Assembly: GCA_009699605.1 (NCBI GenBank)
Contig: WLNW01000001.1
Location: 8,960 to 72,959 of the forward strand
Reading direction: 5' to 3'
DNA length: 64,000 bases
DNA from: Actinomycetota bacterium
GTDB taxonomy: Bacteria; Actinomycetota; Acidimicrobiia; Acidimicrobiales; WLNW01
Both the position numbers and the translations under genes were made by a program. The notes under the pieces are model-generated. The model saw only the letters and a list, made by a program, of their open reading frames with translations. It was not told where the DNA came from and searched no databases. Positions 15,298 through 24,050 of the stretch are shown one piece after another. How positions within the stretch are numbered: position 1 is the first letter of the stretch; every line of letters begins with the position of its first letter.

Positions 15298-16365
15298 CTA
15301 CTGCTTCCTGCAGAGGTGGTCGAGGCGTTCGATCGCTTGCTGCACGCAGAGGTCGATGATCTCCTGGCAGCTCTGCAAGGTGTCGATGGCCCCGACGCCC
15401 TGCCCCGTGGGAAGGATGCCGACCTCGGGGTGTCCGTCGACCAAAGTCGCCTTGGTCAGCATGGGGGCGTTCGCGGCGAGCGCGAGCTGGGCCCACGAGA
15501 GGTCCTGGCTCTTCTTCATGGCCAAGCCCTCCTTCAGGAGGTCGCGATAGCTGGTGCTCGTGAGCTTGCGGAACTTCAGCGCGTTGCTGAACGCCTTGGG
15601 GAACGCCAGGAACTTGGCCCTCTCGAGCTCGTCGATGAGCTTGGTGCGGATGACACGCTGGGGCGCACCGTCGATGGCCTTGGTGACCACGGTGCCGGTG
15701 AGCGGGGTGTCGAGGTAGATCTGCTTGACGTGCGCAGGCACCGCGCTATCGGAGGACATTAAGAACCGCGTGCCCATGGCGATGCCGTCGGCGCCGCAGG
15801 CGAGCGCAGCGGCGAGTCCACGGCCGTCGTAGACCCCGCCCGCGACGAGCACCGGGATGTCGACCGCGTCGAGCACCTGCGGGATGAGGATCGAGGTCGG
15901 GATGACACCGGTGTGGCCACCACCCTCGGCCCCCTGCGCGATGACCGCGTCGACGCCCCACGCCGCGACCTTCTCGGCGTGGCGACGCGCCCCGATCGTG
16001 GGCATGACCACCACGCCGGCGTCCTTGAGCTTCTTCACGACGGCTTCGCCGGGCGCCTGCGCGAACGACGCGACCTTGACCTTGACCTTGATGACGTAGT
16101 CGACGCGTGCATCGATGTCGACGGCGTCGGTGCGCAGGTTCACGCCGAACGGCTTGTCAGTCGCGGCCTGCACCTCGGCGATGGCCTGCTTCATCTGTGC
16201 GAACGTCATGGGCGCCGCGGCGATGATGCCGAGTCCGCCCGCGTTGGACGTGGCCGCAGCGAGGTGTGAGTTGGCCACCCAACCCATGCCGGTCTGCACG
16301 ATCGGATAGCGGACCCCGAACAGCTCGGTGATGCGGGTCTTCAGGCGCGGGTCGTCGGTCATCAC
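15298..16365 (-). CDS. nitronate monooxygenase (NMO)/enoyl-reductase-like FMN protein, IpdC-like
   Basis: ITELFGVRYPIVQTGMGWVANSHLAAATSNAGGLGIIAA is the NMO family N-terminal block. The start overlaps the upstream stop (GTGA). Confidence 0.85.
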   Translation of the reverse strand: MMTDDPRLKTRITELFGVRYPIVQTGMGWVANSHLAAATSNAGGLGIIAAAPMTFAQMKQAIAEVQAATDKPFGVNLRTDAVDIDARVDYVIKVKVKVASFAQAPGEAVVKKLKDAGVVVMPTIGARRHAEKVAAWGVDAVIAQGAEGGGHTGVIPTSILIPQVLDAVDIPVLVAGGVYDGRGLAAALACGADGIAMGTRFLMSSDSAVPAHVKQIYLDTPLTGTVVTKAIDGAPQRVIRTKLIDELERAKFLAFPKAFSNALKFRKLTSTSYRDLLKEGLAMKKSQDLSWAQLALAANAPMLTKATLVDGHPEVGILPTGQGVGAIDTLQSCQEIIDLCVQQAIERLDHLCRKQ

Positions 16366-17141
16366 TTAAACTCGCTCTTGCGCGCGCCCTTGGGGTCGAT
16401 CACGGTGCGCAGCATCTCGAGCTCGTCATCGGTGGGCAAACGGCTCGTGGGAATGTCGCCATCGATCACCAACTCGAAGGTGGTGGCATCGACGATCTGG
16501 TCAACGGTGACGCCCGGATGCGTCGACACGAGGCGCATGCGGTTGTCGGGGGTGTTGTGATCGAACACACCGAGGTTCGACACGATGCGGCGGATCTCGA
16601 AGAAACGGCCGCTGGCGGGGCTGAGGGCACGGATCTTGTCGTAGCCGGGGCCCGACACGACGTCGACCTGCTCGCAGAATACCTGCTTCGAATGGTTCGG
16701 GATCCAGTAGGTGACGGTGTGGTTGATCACGTTGCCCGGCGCGCCGCGCAGGCCGAGCAGCTGGGCCTTGGGCTTGCGCCAGTCGCCGATGGCCGCGAGG
16801 TTCTGGTTGCCCCACATGTCGATCTGGTTGGCCCCCATGACCACGTGGCGCTTGCCCGACCACACCACATCGAAGATGGTGCGATACGGCATGTAGGCCT
16901 CGATGACCTTGGGCGGGTTGGTCACACCCACCGGGATGGTGTTCGCGATGAGCGCAGCCACCGTGTCGGTCATCATGAGATCGGGTTCGAAGGTGGCGCG
17001 GGCCAGCCGACCACCACAGATCGGCACGATGCCGATGGGGTTGCACAGGATCTCGCCGTCGCCGCGGAACGCATCGGCAACTGCGGTGACGCACACCTCG
17101 TCGAGAGTTACGTCGGACGTTGTAGGAGGCTTCATTGTCAC
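16362..17141 (-). CDS. CoA-transferase family subunit B, IpdB-like
   Basis: 259 aa with family I CoA-transferase beta-subunit-like blocks (...GANQIDMWGNQNL...). GTG start overlaps the stop of subunit A. Confidence 0.8.
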   Translation of the reverse strand: MTMKPPTTSDVTLDEVCVTAVADAFRGDGEILCNPIGIVPICGGRLARATFEPDLMMTDTVAALIANTIPVGVTNPPKVIEAYMPYRTIFDVVWSGKRHVVMGANQIDMWGNQNLAAIGDWRKPKAQLLGLRGAPGNVINHTVTYWIPNHSKQVFCEQVDVVSGPGYDKIRALSPASGRFFEIRRIVSNLGVFDHNTPDNRMRLVSTHPGVTVDQIVDATTFELVIDGDIPTSRLPTDDELEMLRTVIDPKGARKSEFK

Positions 17142-17995
17142 TTCTCCCCTCGTGCCGTGATGGCCTTGACGTACTCGTCATGCGACGGGAGGTCGAGGTA
17201 CTTCGTCTTGAACGCCTTCCAGGCGTCGTCGTCCTTGGCAGTCGCCGCGTACTCGCGCTGGAACGCTTCGTCGCGCTCGTAGTCGGACGGGCACTCGGTG
17301 AAGTGCGCGCCGAGGGGCGCTTCGACCACGCCAGTGACGTACATCCGCGGGATCTTCAGCGTGTGCACCGAGCCGTACTTCAAGAAGTCGTCGGTGGGGA
17401 TGATCTTTTCGGTGGACATGTAGGTCTTGGGCGAGCCCATGGCCATGAGGTCGTCGAAAAACAGGTCGGGCCCGAGGAACTGGCCGTTGCCGCGCTCGTC
17501 GGCGCGGTTCATATGGATGAGCGCGGCGTCGAGCTTGAACGCCGGGATAGCCACGAGCTCTTCGTCGTCATAAGGCGACTTCACGAGCTTTAGGTCGGGG
17601 TTCATGGTGAGCATGTGCGACCCCAGGCCGGCACGGGTGGGGTAGAAGGGCACCCGATGCGCCGCCGCCATGAGCCCGAGGTAGAAGGCGCCTTCGTCGT
17701 ACTCGCTGAACTCGATCGAGCCACTCTGCTTGGCCTTGCGGAAGTGCGGTTCGAGCGGGATCGAGTCGAGCGAGACGAACCCGTACACCACTTTCTTGAC
17801 CTTGCCCGTCGCGCACAGCAGGCCCACGTCGGGGCCGCCGTAGGTGACGATGGTGAGATCCTTGAGGTCGCTGCGGAGGATCGCGCGGACGAGCGACATC
17901 GGCTTGCGGCGAGAACCCCAGCCGCCGATGCCGATGGTCATCCCGTCGCGGAGCTCGGCGACCACGTCGTCGTCGGTCATTCGCTTGTCTGACAT
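17138..17995 (-). CDS. CoA-transferase family subunit A, IpdA-like
   Basis: LRDGMTIGIGGWGSRRKPMSLVRAILRS...VTYGGPDVGLL is the glutaconate-CoA-transferase-A-like N-terminal block as I recall it from IpdA-type proteins. 285 aa. Confidence 0.8.
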   Translation of the reverse strand: MSDKRMTDDDVVAELRDGMTIGIGGWGSRRKPMSLVRAILRSDLKDLTIVTYGGPDVGLLCATGKVKKVVYGFVSLDSIPLEPHFRKAKQSGSIEFSEYDEGAFYLGLMAAAHRVPFYPTRAGLGSHMLTMNPDLKLVKSPYDDEELVAIPAFKLDAALIHMNRADERGNGQFLGPDLFFDDLMAMGSPKTYMSTEKIIPTDDFLKYGSVHTLKIPRMYVTGVVEAPLGAHFTECPSDYERDEAFQREYAATAKDDDAWKAFKTKYLDLPSHDEYVKAITARGEK

Positions 17996-18127
17996 GGCCG
18001 TAACCGTACGCGAGAAGGGCAGTTGCGGCTAATAGGGCACGACGGTCACCTGTCGCTCAGCTGTCACGGCCCCGCACCGAGGTGCGCCGGTGGCGCACCG
18101 ACCCGGCGGCACCGTACTGTGCGCGCC

Positions 18128-18940
18128 ATGTCAGGGAGCGCAACCGCATCGTCCGAGCTCGATCTCACCGGGAAGACCGTCATCGTGACGGGCGGCACCA
18201 AGGGCATCGGCCGCGTCATCACCACGACCTTTCTCGAGCACGGGGCCGATGTCGTGATCTGCGCCCGCAACGCGCCCGATTCGCCCGTCGCCGCGAACGG
18301 CAAGGAGGCCGTGTTCGTGGCGTGCGACGTGCGCGACCCCGAGCAGGTCAAAGCCGTTGCGCAGGTCGCGCTCGATCGTTTCGGCCGCATCGACGTGCTC
18401 GTGAACAACGCTGGCGGCGCGCCCCCGGCCGACTCGGCCACCGTGTCGCCGCGCTTCAACGAGCGCATCATCGCTCTCAACCTGCTTGCACCCATCACGT
18501 TTGCGCAAGCGGTATATCCCGCTATGTCCACGCAGGAATCAGGCGGGGTCATCCTCAACATCTCGTCGGTGTCGGGCATCCGCCCCAACCCGGCAGGTGT
18601 CGCGTACGGCGCGGCAAAGGCCGGGCTCAACAACGTGGCCGAGACCCTCGCCACCGAGTGGGGCCCCAAGATCCGCGTGCTTACCATCACCGTGGGGCTC
18701 ATCGTCACCGAAGAGGCCAACCTCTTCTACGGCGACTCCACCGGCGTTGACCGCGTCGGGGCCACCATCCCGGCGCGCCGCATGGGCACTCCCGACGACA
18801 TCGCCGGCGTGGTCCTGTTCCTCGCGTCGCCCCTGGCCAAGTGGATGACCGGCACCAACGTGATGGTGCACGGCGGCGGCGAGATACCGGCCTACCTCGC
18901 AGCCTCCACTGGCGAGGTCACGCAGATCAACAAGGGGTAG
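18128..18940 (+). CDS. short-chain dehydrogenase/reductase (SDR)
   Basis: Start at internal Met (MSGSATASSELDLTGKTVIVTGGTKGIGRV). YGAAKAG (YxxxK). Confidence 0.9.
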   Translation: MSGSATASSELDLTGKTVIVTGGTKGIGRVITTTFLEHGADVVICARNAPDSPVAANGKEAVFVACDVRDPEQVKAVAQVALDRFGRIDVLVNNAGGAPPADSATVSPRFNERIIALNLLAPITFAQAVYPAMSTQESGGVILNISSVSGIRPNPAGVAYGAAKAGLNNVAETLATEWGPKIRVLTITVGLIVTEEANLFYGDSTGVDRVGATIPARRMGTPDDIAGVVLFLASPLAKWMTGTNVMVHGGGEIPAYLAASTGEVTQINKG

Positions 18941-18945
18941 CTGAC

Positions 18946-19881
18946 ATGGCCACGGTGGTACCCCACGTCCGGGAGTTCGCAGCTGTGCCTGGCCTCACCT
19001 ACTCGGTGTCGCCCCATATCCGACGCGTGCTCGCGAACAACCCGAGCGCGTTCACGTTCCACGGCACCGGCACCTACATCGTCGGCTGGGGCAAGGTTGC
19101 GGTCATCGACCCCGGGCCTCGAGACACGGCGCACGTGAAGGCATTGCTGCGCGCACTCCGCGGCGAGAAGGTCGTCGCGATCCTCGTCACGCACACCCAC
19201 GGCGATCACTCCCCTGCCGCGGCGATGTTGCGCAACGCGGGCATCGACGCCCCGGTGTACGCGTTCGGCCCCCACCCGCTCACCAGCGAAGCCGAGGAGA
19301 AGGGCGAGGCCGAGGGCAAGGTCGAGGAGCGGTCCGACCTCACGTTCGTACCCGATGTACTCGTCACCACCGGCGACGTCATCGAAGGGCCGGGTTGGAC
19401 CTTCGACGTACTGCACACCCCCGGTCACATCTCGAACCACCTCTGCTTCGGGTACCGCGAGGAGAACGTGTTGTTTAGCGGCGACCACATCATGGGGTGG
19501 TCGACATCGATCATCCCGCCTCCCGACGGCGACGTGGCCGACTACCTCGCCAGCCTCGATCTGGTGCTCGAACACGACTACGACGCGTTGTGGCCCACCC
19601 ACGGTGGGCCCGTGCGCGAGGTCCACACCTACGTGCGTGCGCTACACGCACACCGGCTCGAACGCGAACAGCAGATCCTCGACCTGCTGGCCGACGCGAC
19701 CAAGCCAATGAAGGTGCCGACCATGGTCAAGCGCATCTACGTCGGGTATCCGAAGGAGCTCCACAAGCCCGCGGCGCGCTCGGTGCTCGCGCACCTCGTG
19801 AAGCTCGTGCGCGAGGGCCGCGTCACGTGCAACAAACCCGAGCCCATGATGGCTGCGACCTACCGACTTGCGTCTGCCTGA
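18946..19881 (+). CDS. MBL-fold metallo-hydrolase
   Basis: VTHTHGDHSPAA (HxHxDH). Start at MATVVPHVREF..., 5 nt after the SDR stop. Confidence 0.85.
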   Translation: MATVVPHVREFAAVPGLTYSVSPHIRRVLANNPSAFTFHGTGTYIVGWGKVAVIDPGPRDTAHVKALLRALRGEKVVAILVTHTHGDHSPAAAMLRNAGIDAPVYAFGPHPLTSEAEEKGEAEGKVEERSDLTFVPDVLVTTGDVIEGPGWTFDVLHTPGHISNHLCFGYREENVLFSGDHIMGWSTSIIPPPDGDVADYLASLDLVLEHDYDALWPTHGGPVREVHTYVRALHAHRLEREQQILDLLADATKPMKVPTMVKRIYVGYPKELHKPAARSVLAHLVKLVREGRVTCNKPEPMMAATYRLASA

Positions 19882-20014
19882 CCTCGGCCGGCTGACCCTC
19901 AACTGACCGCCGAGCGCAGACTTATGCACCGCCTGGGTGCGTAACTCGGCTCTCGACGGTGGGCCACCGCGCTGCGGGGGACGCCCGCTGACAGGGCCGC
20001 GAACACCACCACCC

Positions 20015-20063
20015 GTTCTTCGGACGATTCACTACCTCCCATGTCGTGTGCGGTCCGAAGAAC
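20015..20063. other. 11-bp perfect inverted repeat with 27-nt loop between convergent genes
   Basis: GTTCTTCGGAC (20015-20025) ... GTCCGAAGAAC (20053-20063). The loop contains cactacctcccatg. Confidence 0.3.
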
Positions 20064-20105
20064 CGAGGCGGGGCGCGGCGGCTGGAGGCGAGGGCAGGGA
20101 GCGGC

Positions 20106-21416
20106 TCAGCTGTTCGAGGCTTCGATGTCGACGAGGGCGGCGAACTTTTCGAGGGCGGCCGCACGACGGGTCGGGACGAACTCGGTGGGCCAGCCCTCGA
20201 CCGGTGCGTAGCCCTTTAGGAGCTGGCGGGCGATGGTGACCTTGTGCACCTCGTCGGCGCCGTCGACGAGGCGCGACGCGCGTGCGTTGCGGTACATCTC
20301 CTCGAGCGGGATATCGGTGGTGTAGCCGAGCGCACCGTGCACCTGGATGGCCCGGTCGATCACGTTGTAGAGCATCTTTGTGCCGTAAACCTTGATCGCC
20401 GCGATCTCGACGCGCGAACGCGACGCGCCCACCTGGTCCATGTGCCACGCGGCCTTCATGCACAACATCTTCGCGGTCTCGATGTCGATGTAGGACTCGG
20501 CGATGAAGTCCTGGATCATCTGCTTCTCGGCCAGCAGCGAACCGTGCGAGTACCGCGAAAGTGCGCGCTCGCACATCATGTCGAACGCCCGCCGCGCCTG
20601 GCCGAGCCAGCGCATCGCGTGGTGGATGCGGCCCGGCCCGAGGCGCTTCTGCGCGAGGAGGAACCCGTCACCGGGGTTGCCGATGAGGTTGGCGCGAGGC
20701 ACGCGCACGTTGTCGTAGATGATCTCGGCGTGGCCGCCTGGTTGACGGTTCGGGCCGTGCGCCGCCGCGGGATGGTGCATGTTCGGCACGTCGCGCACAA
20801 TGTTCACGCCGGGGGTGGCATTCGGGACGATGATCATGGAGCTGCCCTGGTACGCGTGCACGTCCGGGTTGGTCACCACCATCACGATGAGGAAGTCGGC
20901 CTTCGACCCCTGCGACGTGAACCACTTGTGGCCGTTGACGACGTACTCGTCACCATCGAGCACTGCGCTGGTGCGGATGAGGGTGGGGTCGGACCCCGCG
21001 ACGTCGGGCTCGGTCATCGAGTAGCCGCTACGCATGCGGCCATCGAGCAACGGTTCGAGCCACAGCTTCTTCTGCTCGGGGTCGCCGCCGATCGCGATGA
21101 GCTCCGCGTTGCCGGAGTCGGGCGCCTGATTGCCGAAGATCCCCGGCGCGATGGTGGTGGAACGCCCGAGGATCTCGTGCATCAACGCCAACTTCACTTG
21201 ACCGAAGCCCTGCCCGCCGAGCTCGTGGTCGAGGTGACATGCCCACAGGCCTTGGCGCTTGACCTCGGCCTTGAGCGGATCGGTGAGGACCTTCCACTGC
21301 TCCTCGGTGACGTCGTACTCGATGGTCTCGAGGGGGAGGATCTCGTGATCGAGGAACTCCCGCATCCAGTCGAGCTTCGCCTGAAACTCGGGCTCGGTCG
21401 AGAAATCCCATGCCAT
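20106..21416 (-). CDS. acyl-CoA dehydrogenase (ACAD10/11-FadE-like, 436 aa)
   Basis: MAWDFSTEPEFQAKLDWMREFL..., ...YSMTEPDVAGSDPT..., ...LVDGADEVHKVTIARQLL. Confidence 0.9.
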   Translation of the reverse strand: MAWDFSTEPEFQAKLDWMREFLDHEILPLETIEYDVTEEQWKVLTDPLKAEVKRQGLWACHLDHELGGQGFGQVKLALMHEILGRSTTIAPGIFGNQAPDSGNAELIAIGGDPEQKKLWLEPLLDGRMRSGYSMTEPDVAGSDPTLIRTSAVLDGDEYVVNGHKWFTSQGSKADFLIVMVVTNPDVHAYQGSSMIIVPNATPGVNIVRDVPNMHHPAAAHGPNRQPGGHAEIIYDNVRVPRANLIGNPGDGFLLAQKRLGPGRIHHAMRWLGQARRAFDMMCERALSRYSHGSLLAEKQMIQDFIAESYIDIETAKMLCMKAAWHMDQVGASRSRVEIAAIKVYGTKMLYNVIDRAIQVHGALGYTTDIPLEEMYRNARASRLVDGADEVHKVTIARQLLKGYAPVEGWPTEFVPTRRAAALEKFAALVDIEASNS

Positions 21417-21449
21417 CGCTGGCCTCCCACATCTGACTCGCGTGCGGCG

Positions 21450-21473
21450 TCGACCCTAGCCTCGTAGGGTCGA
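21450..21473. promoter_or_regulatory. perfect 9-bp inverted repeat in a divergent promoter region (candidate operator or 5'-leader hairpin)
   Basis: TCGACCCTA-gcctcg-TAGGGTCGA, ending 5 nt before the ATG (21479) of the SDR and 34 nt from the divergent ACAD start. Confidence 0.35.
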
Positions 21474-21478
21474 TCAGC

Positions 21479-22258
21479 ATGGACCTCGGGCTGAACGGAC
21501 GTCGGGCGATCATCACCGGCGGATCGCGTGGCATCGGCGCGGCAACGGCGGCGGCGCTGCACGCCGAAGGGGCCCTGGTCGCGATCATCGGCCGCGATGC
21601 AGCCGCCCTTGCCGCGGTAGCCGAACCGATCGGCGCTCACGTCGCCGTCGCGGACCTGGCCACGGCGAACGGCGTCCGCACCGCCGTCGACTCGTGCATC
21701 GCTGCGCTCGGCGGGGTCGACGTTCTCGTGAACAACGCCGGCGCATCACCCAACGGAACCATCGACGACATCACCGACGAGCAGTGGCAGCACGCGTTCG
21801 ACCTCAAGGTCATGGGATACATGCGTTGCATGCGCTCCGTGCTTCCCGCTATGCGAGCGCAACGGTTCGGGCGAATCGTCAACGTCGGCGGAACCGCCGG
21901 GATCCGAGCGACGCCCGGATACACCCTCGCTGCGCTCAACGCGGCCATCGTGCACCTCACCCGCAGCACCGCCGAGCACGTCGGTCGTGACGGCATCAGC
22001 GTCGTGTCGTTGCATCCGGGACCCACGCTCACCGACCGCCTGCGCACGATGCTCGAGCGCGGCGCGGCAAACGCCGGGATCGAGATCGACGAGTTCGCCG
22101 CGAACGTGGTGGGCAAGGCATTGCCGCTCGGGCGCGTCGGCTCGGCCGAGGAGGTCGCACGCATGATCGTGGTGCTGTGCTCCGACGTCGCCGCGTGGGT
22201 CACCGGCGGCGGCATCAGCATCGACGGCGGCGCGGCCATCGGCGTCGTCGGAGGTTGA
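21479..22258 (+). CDS. SDR-family protein with atypical active-site region
   Basis: ITGGSRGIGAA Rossmann motif, but the expected YxxxK reads GYTLAALNAAIVHLTRS, with no Lys four residues after Tyr. Confidence 0.85.
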   Translation: MDLGLNGRRAIITGGSRGIGAATAAALHAEGALVAIIGRDAAALAAVAEPIGAHVAVADLATANGVRTAVDSCIAALGGVDVLVNNAGASPNGTIDDITDEQWQHAFDLKVMGYMRCMRSVLPAMRAQRFGRIVNVGGTAGIRATPGYTLAALNAAIVHLTRSTAEHVGRDGISVVSLHPGPTLTDRLRTMLERGAANAGIEIDEFAANVVGKALPLGRVGSAEEVARMIVVLCSDVAAWVTGGGISIDGGAAIGVVGG

Positions 22259-22326
22259 AATGGGCCAAACCGCACTTGTCGCGCCCGGTCCCGGGATCAG
22301 ACTTGCGCGATGAACCAGCGCGCTCG

Positions 22327-23850
22327 GTGACGCGGCTCAGAATCGGCGCCATCGCAGCCGTGCTCCTGGCGGGGGTGCTCAGCCTGCCCCGCCCGCTCGG
22401 CGGCGACCAGGCCCTTTTCCTCTACATCGCCAAGTCGATCGACCACGGGTCCTTGCTCTACCGAGACCTGTGGGATGCCAAGCAGCCCGGCATCTACATC
22501 TTCTACGCCGTGGCCGGGAACCTGTTCGGCTTCAACGACATCGCGGTGCACCTGCTCGAGTTGATCGTGATGCTCGCGCTGGCCGTCGTGCTCCAGCGAA
22601 CCCTCCCTGACTTCGGATTCTCCAGGCGTGCCGCGGCGCTGGCCCCCATCGCGACCGTGCTGCCCTACTACCTCGTCGCCGCCACCTGGGATCTGAGCCA
22701 GCTCGAGCCACTTCTCGGTCTGCCGCTGTACTTAGGTTTCTGGACCTCGATGCGCGCCCGCGACTCGACGCAGCATCAGGCGCGCTGGCAACTCGCAGCG
22801 GGCGCGTGCTGTGCGATCGTCTCGATCTTTAAACTGCTCTACCTGCCCTACGGCGTGTTGTTCCTTGCCCTCTCGATGCGCCGCGACCGACGAGCGCGAA
22901 CGGCAGCGGCCTGGGCCCTCGGGTTCGCTGCGGCATGGTCGCCGGTGCTCATCTGGGTGCTCGCTCACAGCCTCGTCCACGAGGTCTGGTACACGTGGGT
23001 CACGTTCCCCATGACTGCGCGACGCCAAGCCGCCCAACCGTTGTCGGTGCTCACGAGCAGCGCTCGGTCGTTCGGACGTTCGTTCGCACCGGTCGCCGCG
23101 CTCGCCCTCGTCGGCATTTGGGCCCACCGCCACCGCCTCGAGCGTTGGATGGTGCTGGCGCTGGCGTGGGCGGCACTCGCGCTGGTGCTCGACCTCGCGC
23201 AGTTCTGGTGGCGCTACCTCTACTGGGATGCGACCGTGCCCGTCGGGCTGTTCGCCGTGCTGGGGGCGATCGCCCTAGCCGACAACGCGCGTGAGCATCG
23301 GCGTGTGGTGCTCGGCTCGCTCGGCGTCGTGCTGTTGCTAGCCGTGTATGCGCTCGCACCGCACCGCCAACGCATCGCCGAATCGTTCCCTGACCCCACG
23401 GCGACCCTCCGCCACACCGACGCTCGCGACGATCTCCGAGCCCTCGAGGAGCCGCTGTACGGCGACCTCGACCGCACGCTCGCCGTGTTGCGCGCGCCGG
23501 ACGCGCGTCCGGGGCCCGTGGTGATCTTCGGCAGCCCGATCGTGCAGCTCGCCAGCGGACGCGCCCAGGCCGGGCGTATCCCCGGTTTTCTCGCCAACAC
23601 TCTCGGGTCCGACGAGTGGCACGACTTCGCGACGCAGATGCGGTCCACGCCGCCCGCGTACGTGTTCATCGGCGAGGTGCAGGGCATCTCCGAGAGCGAG
23701 TTCCTCGAGTCGCGCGGCACCGAAGTGCTCGAGATCCTCCAGCAGTCCTACTGCGGCGCTGCGCACCCGGCCGCTGGCCGGTGGCTCGTGCAGTGCCGCG
23801 ATGTCGCCCAAGTGCCCGGAGCGCTCCGACGCGCCACGGGCAACCCATGA
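22327..23850 (+). CDS. polytopic membrane protein, GT-C (ArnT/PMT_2-like) glycosyltransferase-like
   Basis: At least 10 hydrophobic segments. The N-terminal loop GDQALFLYIAKSIDHGSLLYRDLWDAKQPG resembles ArnT/PMT_2-type family loops. The start is ambiguous (TTG 22303 or GTG 22327); the annotated 557-aa ORF start lies inside the previous gene. Confidence 0.6.
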   Translation: MTRLRIGAIAAVLLAGVLSLPRPLGGDQALFLYIAKSIDHGSLLYRDLWDAKQPGIYIFYAVAGNLFGFNDIAVHLLELIVMLALAVVLQRTLPDFGFSRRAAALAPIATVLPYYLVAATWDLSQLEPLLGLPLYLGFWTSMRARDSTQHQARWQLAAGACCAIVSIFKLLYLPYGVLFLALSMRRDRRARTAAAWALGFAAAWSPVLIWVLAHSLVHEVWYTWVTFPMTARRQAAQPLSVLTSSARSFGRSFAPVAALALVGIWAHRHRLERWMVLALAWAALALVLDLAQFWWRYLYWDATVPVGLFAVLGAIALADNAREHRRVVLGSLGVVLLLAVYALAPHRQRIAESFPDPTATLRHTDARDDLRALEEPLYGDLDRTLAVLRAPDARPGPVVIFGSPIVQLASGRAQAGRIPGFLANTLGSDEWHDFATQMRSTPPAYVFIGEVQGISESEFLESRGTEVLEILQQSYCGAAHPAAGRWLVQCRDVAQVPGALRRATGNP

Positions 23851-24050
23851 GCACGACTACGCCCACGGTGCGAAAGACGCGATCGCCGCGTCCTGGTCAG
23901 CTGGTCGCAGGCGATCGAGTGGTTCTTCTACCTGATGTTCGCGTTGCTCGCGGTGCCGAGCGCGCTGCGGTAGGGCTCGCACTGGGGTAGGTGGTGCTCG
24001 AAACCGCGTTGAGTCACACCTGCTCGGGCTGAGCGCAATCTCGGCGGTGG

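Noticed and set aside
17996-18127. Search for a shared KstR/KstR2-type operator palindrome in divergent promoter regions (17996-18127, 31542-31643, 26726-26862, 37985-38200)
   Set aside because: By eye I found no palindrome shared between these regions, so the TetR regulator cannot be tied to the steroid-like genes from sequence alone. A motif-discovery run (MEME) on all intergenic regions would be needed.
23847-23990. ATG-initiated 47-codon ORF (MSTTTPTVRKTRSPRPGQ...) overlapping the GT-C gene stop
   Set aside because: The third-codon positions are mostly A/T (act, cga, cgt, cct, ggt, gat, gtt, ctt, cta ...), unlike real genes here. The coding-like signal is in a different frame (reported as a finding).
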